Source of the DNA: a virus
Lineage: Duplodnaviria; Caudoviricetes
Length of the DNA stretch: 64,000 nucleotides
Virus record (IMG/VR): IMGVR_UViG_3300014208_000023
Span: 256,001-320,000 of that record
Reading direction: 5' to 3' (one strand)
This document shows, piece by piece, positions 47,394 to 54,504 of this stretch. The first letter of the stretch is position 1. Every line of letters starts with the position of its first letter. A model generated the notes under the pieces. It searched no databases and had not been told where the DNA came from. It saw nothing but the letters and a program-made list of their open reading frames with translations. The translations under genes were made by a program, and so were the position numbers.

Positions 47394-48289
47394 ACAAGCT
47401 CCATAGAATTAATAGTTTCTTGAAGACCGTCCTTCAAAGAAGTAAATGATATATTTGGCATTATTGTTTTTAAGTATTGATTGCTTACGGTTTTCTTTAA
47501 ATTTCCATCAGGCTTACTGGTATCAAATTTAATTTGATGTTTGAAATTGACTATTTCGCCAATCGTAGTTGATAGGTCTGCAATACTAATTTCTTCGTCA
47601 CCGCAACAAATTACTGGTTTTGTGTCGAAATAAACATATACCAATTCTTTTATTATTGAGGCTAAATCTTTAGAATAAATAAACTGCCTTAATGGCTTGC
47701 CGGCACCACTCATTATGACATCAGAATTATTTTTCTCTGCATCTTTAAACTTATTAATTAAGTTTGGTATTAACCTACCAGAAGACATATTGTCATTTGG
47801 GCCATAGATATTTGACGGTATTATTCCAAAGTATTTTCTGCCATATTGAGTGTTATAATTTTGGCACTGTAGCTCAAGCATTCTTTTTGAAAACGCGTAT
47901 CCGGCAAAAGCTCCGGTTAAATTGCCTTCAAAAATCATAGACTCGTCCATAGGAAATTTTGATGGAACTTCTGGAAACATATTGACTGAAAGGCAGCACA
48001 TTACATTTTGAATATTAGATATATTGGCTGCCTCTAATACGTTTTCATTTATTCTAACATTTGTTGAGAACGAAGAAACTCTATCTATATTGTAGAAGCC
48101 AGGAACATATGATGCCAAATGAACAATATAATCTGGCCGCATCTCATTTATAAAACCAATAGTCTGCGATCTTTCCGTTAAGTCACAATCTTTTCTATTG
48201 ATGAATATCCAATTATTTTCACCTGAGCACATAGACTTTAGCGCGCTTCCTACGCAACCATCACTTCCAGTAACTAAAATACGTTTCAT
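47390..48289 (-). CDS. Fcl/ColC-like NDP-4-ketosugar reductase lacking epimerase residues
   Basis: TGSDGCVG, YAFSK, PSNIYGP, RQFIYS.DLA, KPDG; SVN replaces S(S/T)C and RLIP replaces HV(I/L)P. Confidence 0.8.
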   Translation of the reverse strand: MKRILVTGSDGCVGSALKSMCSGENNWIFINRKDCDLTERSQTIGFINEMRPDYIVHLASYVPGFYNIDRVSSFSTNVRINENVLEAANISNIQNVMCCLSVNMFPEVPSKFPMDESMIFEGNLTGAFAGYAFSKRMLELQCQNYNTQYGRKYFGIIPSNIYGPNDNMSSGRLIPNLINKFKDAEKNNSDVIMSGAGKPLRQFIYSKDLASIIKELVYVYFDTKPVICCGDEEISIADLSTTIGEIVNFKHQIKFDTSKPDGNLKKTVSNQYLKTIMPNISFTSLKDGLQETINSMELV

Positions 48290-49488
48290 GGCTTGTAGCT
48301 CAACAATATATCAACCAGATCATCCACTAGATCGGCCGACATTAAATTGCTTGGAAGACCTATAAAACACCCTCTATAGTGGCATTTCTCGGCCCCTTTA
48401 AAATCAGCCGGATTTAATTCAGGATAAAGATCCTTGATGACTGGCTGCCTAACCATATTGCCGGTTATTATTGGCCTATTTTCGACGCCTTTGCTTGAAA
48501 GATAATCTAAATAATCTGATAGCTTAATGTTTTCATCCAAAAACATAGTTACTCCAAACCACGCAATATCGCCATTATCTATTTCTTTTGGAAATGAAAT
48601 AAAGCTACCTCTTGGATCTGCTTCTATTTTTGACTTTATATTGCTATAGTTTATTTTCCTATTTTCGTTTTTAGATTTTAATTTATATAGCTGATGCACG
48701 CCCATCGCCGCCTGTATCTCCATGGGCCTGACGTTATATCCTAGATTTACGAAAGTAAATCTTGGGTCTATGTCCGGAAACTGTTCCTGAATTTCATTCT
48801 TATTCTTTAGGCTCCTAGACCAACCATGGGCACGCAGACACTTTATGAGCTCATAATCCTCATCGTCATCACAAACTACCATTCCGCCTTCCATAGTAGT
48901 TATGTGATGTGAATAATAAAATGAATATGTGGCAAAGGTTCCAAAAGTCCCCAGGTATTTGCCATCATATTTGGATCCTAGGCTTTCACACGTATCCTCT
49001 ATTAAAATAAGATTGTGGCGCTTAACTATATCCATTAATTTTCTCATGTCGGTGGAGTTTCCTAGGACATGAACCAACATAATGGCTTTTGTTTTTTCAG
49101 TTATTTTCTTTTCTAGATCCTCTAAATCTATATTTAGAGTTTCAGGATCTACATCGACAAACACTGGAACTAGATTGCACTGAACAATTGGAAAAATACT
49201 TGTAGACCAACACAAGGCCGGAACAATAACTTCATCGCCCGGCACAAGCTTATTGGCTCTTTTGTAGTTAGTTAAAGCGGCTACGGCTAACAAATTGGCG
49301 GACGAACCAGAATTAACCATAACTGCATGTTTAGCACCAACATATTCTGCGAACATATTTTCGAATTGGCTTACCTGCTCACCCATAGTGAAGTTTCCGG
49401 TAAGCAATACTTTAATCATATTTAAAATATCATCAGTATCGTGAGCGTTCTGTCCCAATGGGAACTTCATAATTAACGGTGATTTCAT
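48286..49488 (-). CDS. colD: GDP-4-keto-6-deoxy-D-mannose 3-dehydratase (PLP-dependent)
   Basis: FTMGE, NSGSSANLL, SFYYSHHITTMEGG (His replaces the Schiff-base Lys), RAHGWSR, GYNVRPME; no RfbH Fe-S Cys motif. Confidence 0.85.
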   Translation of the reverse strand: MKSPLIMKFPLGQNAHDTDDILNMIKVLLTGNFTMGEQVSQFENMFAEYVGAKHAVMVNSGSSANLLAVAALTNYKRANKLVPGDEVIVPALCWSTSIFPIVQCNLVPVFVDVDPETLNIDLEDLEKKITEKTKAIMLVHVLGNSTDMRKLMDIVKRHNLILIEDTCESLGSKYDGKYLGTFGTFATYSFYYSHHITTMEGGMVVCDDDEDYELIKCLRAHGWSRSLKNKNEIQEQFPDIDPRFTFVNLGYNVRPMEIQAAMGVHQLYKLKSKNENRKINYSNIKSKIEADPRGSFISFPKEIDNGDIAWFGVTMFLDENIKLSDYLDYLSSKGVENRPIITGNMVRQPVIKDLYPELNPADFKGAEKCHYRGCFIGLPSNLMSADLVDDLVDILLSYKP

Positions 49489-50552
49489 AGTTGGCTCTTA
49501 AGGCTGGTAAGAATTTCTTGCCAGTTATTATAAACTGAAGATCTTCTCAAGATATTGTGTTGGGACATATTATAGCTAATTTCGCTAGTATTTACGGTAT
49601 TTAATAAGTGAGATAGGTGAGATGGTGAATCAAAATATTGAATATATTTCATATTTCCTTCGTCGTAAAAATCACAGGTATCTATCCATTTATTTAAAAC
49701 CTCTGGGTTTCGAAGACTATTTGGATTATTTATATCTTCTGGCTCTTGCGCCTTACCTACTCTATAAAAAGTAAGGTCAGCAAATGCTTTGTTTTGATGA
49801 AACAATTCTTTTAAATAGGATTTAGATGGGAAAAATAATGGAACGTTAGCCGTATATTGCTCGAACGTAGACATTGTTCCATTGTGATATGGAATATGAA
49901 TTATTCCTTTATAACTATATAGATCTGCCCAGCTATATTTCCAGTTGCCGTTTCTTATTGCGCCAAGACTGACACACGAATTTCCAGGAACAGATATCTC
50001 TGATCGATCATGTATAACGAACTGATTTTTTGTTCCAGTATATTTGGCATTTGTATATTCGCATAAGTTTGGAATATGCATGCCAGTAATTCCAGTCATA
50101 TATTTAGTGTAATATTGGTCTCCTTTATTATTGCAAACATAATAAAGTTTTCCAGATGCAGCTCTTTCTTTTAGAAAGATATTTAATCTATCTCTAATTG
50201 CTAGATTGAAAGTATTGGGATGGTCATATCTAATACAATTAACAACTATAATTGGTTTATTAAATTTTTCATATAGAAGAGCGAATTCAGTAGGATAGCA
50301 CGCAATGAAGCCATCATATTTGCTTAATTCTTCTTTATTTGCCTCATAGAACTTATCACAAACTTCTTGCGTGCATACTCCAGAACAAGTTAATTGCGTT
50401 CCATCACTTAATTTGATATTTGGTTTAGGCTTATTTAAAACCCAGTGATGACCGGATAGCGACCAATCATCAACTTCATGGCCCAAATTTTTGAAAATAT
50501 GAGCCACATCTGCTATGACTGAAACGTGCTGGTCTATGTTGAAAAATTTCAT
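49485..50552 (-). CDS. Putative glycosyltransferase (GT-B-like, uncharacterised family)
   Basis: MKFFNIDQHVSVI..., GIIHIPY...STFEQY.ANVPLFFPS; cluster context. Confidence 0.45.
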   Translation of the reverse strand: MKFFNIDQHVSVIADVAHIFKNLGHEVDDWSLSGHHWVLNKPKPNIKLSDGTQLTCSGVCTQEVCDKFYEANKEELSKYDGFIACYPTEFALLYEKFNKPIIVVNCIRYDHPNTFNLAIRDRLNIFLKERAASGKLYYVCNNKGDQYYTKYMTGITGMHIPNLCEYTNAKYTGTKNQFVIHDRSEISVPGNSCVSLGAIRNGNWKYSWADLYSYKGIIHIPYHNGTMSTFEQYTANVPLFFPSKSYLKELFHQNKAFADLTFYRVGKAQEPEDINNPNSLRNPEVLNKWIDTCDFYDEGNMKYIQYFDSPSHLSHLLNTVNTSEISYNMSQHNILRRSSVYNNWQEILTSLKSQL

Positions 50553-50567
50553 ATATCCTAAATATAA

Positions 50568-51413
50568 TTATACTGCTTCAGAAGAGGTGTGAAAAAGCCG
50601 AATACCTATTTGCGTTTTGTTTTCTAGAAAATACATCTGCACATCAAACCCATTACTAAATGGCTTAATAGTATTATACAAAGTATATGGCGAAAACCAA
50701 TACTTATGATCTGGATGAACCATTTCTAACGAAAACTCATCTGAACAAAAAATTTCCGCAACTGCCATACACGGAACAGTGAATAAATATTCTTTAGCTT
50801 TTACTGAAAAAATATCTTTTAAAAATAAATCTACATTTGGAACGTGCTCCATTACTTCAGGAACTATGACAATATCATATTCTTTATCAACATCCTTATA
50901 TGACGTAAAGTATGTTCCTGGGCAGGCCTGTTTTAGCTTATTTGTGGTTTCAACATCAATATCCAGACCGTCTATTCGCGTATTTATTCTTTTTTTAAAT
51001 TCAGAATAAGCTATTTCTGCAAGAGAAGATGCAAGCTCTGCCTTGGCGAGCGCTTCATTTCCAACGGCCTGTTCTGGCGTTACCTTCGCTCTTTCTTTAG
51101 TTCTTTCTATTTTTGCCTTATCTACTTTCTCTTTAAGAACTATTTCTTCTTCGGTCTTCATGTCCTTAAGTTTAGATAAGAATATATGCAAATTAGATTC
51201 CACATTAAAAACCATAGTGTCAGCGCATCCTACATGTAGGACTGTTTTGCCCTGACATAAATTTCCAATAAATTCAAATCTAGAATGTCTGATATTTTTC
51301 AGATGCATTTTTTGTATATAAAAATTATCAGTAGCCTCGTATGTTTTACGGGCAATTTTAACTGGTGCTTCTGGTGCTTCGATAACTTCTAGCTGCATAT
51401 TTTCTCCGGTCAT
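50568..51413 (-). CDS. Class I SAM methyltransferase with ~60-aa helical insertion
   Basis: VLHVGCAD, GLDID, YDIVIVPEVMEHV, FTVP. Confidence 0.8.
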   Translation of the reverse strand: MTGENMQLEVIEAPEAPVKIARKTYEATDNFYIQKMHLKNIRHSRFEFIGNLCQGKTVLHVGCADTMVFNVESNLHIFLSKLKDMKTEEEIVLKEKVDKAKIERTKERAKVTPEQAVGNEALAKAELASSLAEIAYSEFKKRINTRIDGLDIDVETTNKLKQACPGTYFTSYKDVDKEYDIVIVPEVMEHVPNVDLFLKDIFSVKAKEYLFTVPCMAVAEIFCSDEFSLEMVHPDHKYWFSPYTLYNTIKPFSNGFDVQMYFLENKTQIGIRLFHTSSEAV

Positions 51414-52129
51414 ATTTTAATCCATTCTGGTGGTAAAAGGTCTTTTGTGTTATGTTGTAGTGCCGGCCCAAACCAGGTACTTGGTGCCAGAACTTTTTTA
51501 TTTTCGTTTTTATTTAGCCAAGCTCCCCACCAGCTAAAGCTACTGTTGCATATAATATTGCTTTCGCATGTTTTAGCCATCAAAGCTAAATCTATTGCCG
51601 GCCCATTTCCCTCAGAATATTCGTATTGATTTCCTACGAAATTTCTTTTGGCCCAGTCCATATCATCAGATAGAATCAAAAATTTCTTGCACCCACTCAT
51701 TTCCATTGCTTTTGAATAATAATCCATACTCATAAGTGGATGACAATTTTGAAAATTAAGGTAATCACCTCTTCTTATATGAAGAGAACACAATCCCTCT
51801 TCTCTTTCAAACTTATAAATTGGAGTTAATGCTTTAGCTATTTCTTCTTTATTATTTTCAAAGTATTTCCAGGATTGGAAATATCCTATTAAATCCACCG
51901 AATTAGACGCTGGGATTTCATCATAATGAAATGCTTTTTCCTGATAAGTTTTAGATACGGCTATATTTGATGAAAAACAATTATGCAAATTAAAGTTAGG
52001 TTCATATTGCCAAGGTGGAAACTGATAATCCGTATTGTTTTTAATAGCAGTAGATATAGTGGTAGCTATCTGGAATAAACAATTCCCTAACCTACCCATC
52101 TTTCCTAGCTGTGAAAACGTAACTGTCAT
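51410..52129 (-). CDS. GT11 alpha-1,2-fucosyl/colitosyltransferase
   Basis: GRLGNCLFQ, GYFQSWKYF, HIRRGDY, ILSDD, NSSFSWWGAWL. Confidence 0.93.
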   Translation of the reverse strand: MTVTFSQLGKMGRLGNCLFQIATTISTAIKNNTDYQFPPWQYEPNFNLHNCFSSNIAVSKTYQEKAFHYDEIPASNSVDLIGYFQSWKYFENNKEEIAKALTPIYKFEREEGLCSLHIRRGDYLNFQNCHPLMSMDYYSKAMEMSGCKKFLILSDDMDWAKRNFVGNQYEYSEGNGPAIDLALMAKTCESNIICNSSFSWWGAWLNKNENKKVLAPSTWFGPALQHNTKDLLPPEWIKI

Positions 52130-54459
52130 TGCCTTATTTCGTGGTGGTTTTTATCAAGTAGAAGTATTTTTGGCGCAAATGTTTTTGGAAGCCACTTCTT
52201 CTTATAAGACTCAATATTTGATTGAGGGTAGTGATAGCTTGGAGTCAAAATTACTGTTGGCTCGTTGTCTAGAAAATACCTATTTATTGCGGTCTCGTCG
52301 TGCCAAACTGGAATCACGTTGTTTGCCACATCTCTATCTATAACATCCTTACACCATTTAGCAAGCTCCATATACTTGTCTCTTCTACCTCCACTAAATC
52401 CTCCGCCAAAATAGTTCTTATATTTTTTTGGATACGAATCAGAAATGAATAAACGAGAGGCTGGATTTGTTTCAAATGGACCCTTACCATTAGTAAATCC
52501 ACAATGCTGAACGCCAACCAAATCGCCTATAATCTCTGGCCCAATATTATCTACGAATAAACAATCAACATCTACATAATATAGATAATCTTCATTATTC
52601 AGAATATGCTCATTGTTTGCGAAATGGGCAAATCGATCCATACTGGCAAATGGAAACGGTTTATGCTGAATTGGAATATGAATTATTCTACGATCCGATT
52701 TTGGAATATGAACTGTTTTTCGCTCAGCATCTAATGACGTTATGTCGCTAAAAACATAATATGTTACATCAAAATTTTCATTTAGAAAATGTTTGTCGGC
52801 AGAATCTATTATTCCTTGCAAAAATCTATCATATTTGCCCGTGGCTATAAGCATTAGTCCAACCGAAGTTTTTTTACTTGGCGGAGATACTGGAGAATAC
52901 CGAGGCATATTTCTAATGTGCCTATCAAGATCTTGTTGCATCTTAACATTTACTTTATGATCATTAATTGGGTTTTCCATATTATAGACATAAAGAATAT
53001 CTGAAATGTATTTTTGATGGTGTTTTGCCATTTCCATCATAGGAAACATTATGGCGAAATCCCATGTCATCTTGAAAAATTCACCGTTAATCGATAAATC
53101 TTCTTTTCTTATTATTTTGAATAGCCAAGCATAGAACGTTCTTAAGTGGGAGGCTGCCCAAGGCGTTTTTCTAAACGCTAGATTTTCTATAACTTCTGGT
53201 CGATAGGCGCCGGCAATACCTGAGCCGCCATTTGGGTGGTTTGTATATTGTCCGTAAGACATCCAAATATCACTTTCATTGTAGTGACGCTTAAGTCTAT
53301 TCAAAACCTCTCCATCGGGAAGCCAGTCATCACCATCAAGCGTTAGGACAATTTCATCATCAGCACAACTATGAATCATATTATATAGATTTGCCAACGC
53401 TCCTTGTCTGGAGTTATTCTTTATTACGGTGCATTTATGTTGGTGCGGTGAGTTTTTCACCGCAGCATTTACCAAATTGAATGTTTGATCTGGAGAGCAA
53501 TCATCTACAAATATGACTCTGAACTTATCATAATTTTGATTTAGTGCCGACAATATATTCTTTACGCACCATCTTTCATTATTGTAGCTTGGAATAACAA
53601 TAACGAACCTTTTTTCTTTAGAATCCAATGACCACGCTCGCGGAACATTAACTAGGGCCGTTTTCATTGGCAAACTAATTGATGTTGGATCATTAAGTGT
53701 TAGTGGCTTGCCAATAGTTAAGCCTGGCCTTCTTGAATTAATAAAGCGCTCACTATACTGAACATCTCCGCTTCTACGTGCGGCATCTGACTCCAGCTTA
53801 AGAATATGGTGCCTATCTCTGCGTATAAACCAAAGCCTTCTATTACCAAATTTTCTTCCGGTATCATTAACCGACCAGTCATATCTAAATTGGCCGTGAT
53901 TTAATTTAGTCTCATCAACCCTTTTGAATTTTGCATTCAATGATGAAAGCTTGTTTTGCAGATTTTTTTCTGAAACAATGCTTCCTTCTCCACTGAAGGA
54001 ATGATCGTCTATATCTTTAGATTCATAAATAGGAACTAATATATTTGGATTAGAAGAATCTAATATTTCAGTTTCTAGAACTATTCTTTCAGAAACTGAA
54101 AGCAACGATTCTATATGTTTTTCATATGTCTTAAGGTGACATAGAAGATCTATGCTAATGGCCATATCAAAAGAAAAAGGCTCGAATGGAAAATCTTTTT
54201 CCAAATCGAGCTGCATTGTTTTTATATATGGGAACTTTTTTCTAATAAGATTTAGGTTAGATTCTCTTGCATCTACGCAAGTCATCTCCGCCCCTAACCT
54301 TGCAAATATATTGGCAAATTCTCCGTTACCGGCACCCAAATCAAGGATCTTTTTTCCTTTGAAAAAGGTCTGTCCAAAATAATCAATTATAGTTTTGCTT
54401 AACTTGAAATTTCTCTCTTTTTGCTCGGCTGGAGTCATAACTCTAAATATAACTGCCAT
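52126..54459 (-). CDS. Three-domain fusion: SAM methyltransferase + GT2 + GT6 (ABO-like)
   Basis: ILDLGAGNG; IPSYNN/VDDCS/LDGDDW; IATGKY, VDVD, FGGGFSGG, WHDETAIN. Confidence 0.88.
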   Translation of the reverse strand: MAVIFRVMTPAEQKERNFKLSKTIIDYFGQTFFKGKKILDLGAGNGEFANIFARLGAEMTCVDARESNLNLIRKKFPYIKTMQLDLEKDFPFEPFSFDMAISIDLLCHLKTYEKHIESLLSVSERIVLETEILDSSNPNILVPIYESKDIDDHSFSGEGSIVSEKNLQNKLSSLNAKFKRVDETKLNHGQFRYDWSVNDTGRKFGNRRLWFIRRDRHHILKLESDAARRSGDVQYSERFINSRRPGLTIGKPLTLNDPTSISLPMKTALVNVPRAWSLDSKEKRFVIVIPSYNNERWCVKNILSALNQNYDKFRVIFVDDCSPDQTFNLVNAAVKNSPHQHKCTVIKNNSRQGALANLYNMIHSCADDEIVLTLDGDDWLPDGEVLNRLKRHYNESDIWMSYGQYTNHPNGGSGIAGAYRPEVIENLAFRKTPWAASHLRTFYAWLFKIIRKEDLSINGEFFKMTWDFAIMFPMMEMAKHHQKYISDILYVYNMENPINDHKVNVKMQQDLDRHIRNMPRYSPVSPPSKKTSVGLMLIATGKYDRFLQGIIDSADKHFLNENFDVTYYVFSDITSLDAERKTVHIPKSDRRIIHIPIQHKPFPFASMDRFAHFANNEHILNNEDYLYYVDVDCLFVDNIGPEIIGDLVGVQHCGFTNGKGPFETNPASRLFISDSYPKKYKNYFGGGFSGGRRDKYMELAKWCKDVIDRDVANNVIPVWHDETAINRYFLDNEPTVILTPSYHYPQSNIESYKKKWLPKTFAPKILLLDKNHHEIRQ

Positions 54460-54504
54460 TATAAGAGTTTTGCAACATATTAATCATCTCGTATTTATAT
54501 ACAA

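Noticed and set aside
48286-49488. Annotation as RfbH/E1 or a generic DegT aminotransferase
   Set aside because: It lacks the E1 Fe-S Cys motif and the Schiff-base Lys; local motifs fit ColD.
54492-54499. T4 late-promoter consensus TATAAATA (minus strand) upstream of the glycan operon
   Set aside because: An all-AT 8-mer is expected many times by chance in this AT-rich window, and I did not see it recur at other gene starts.
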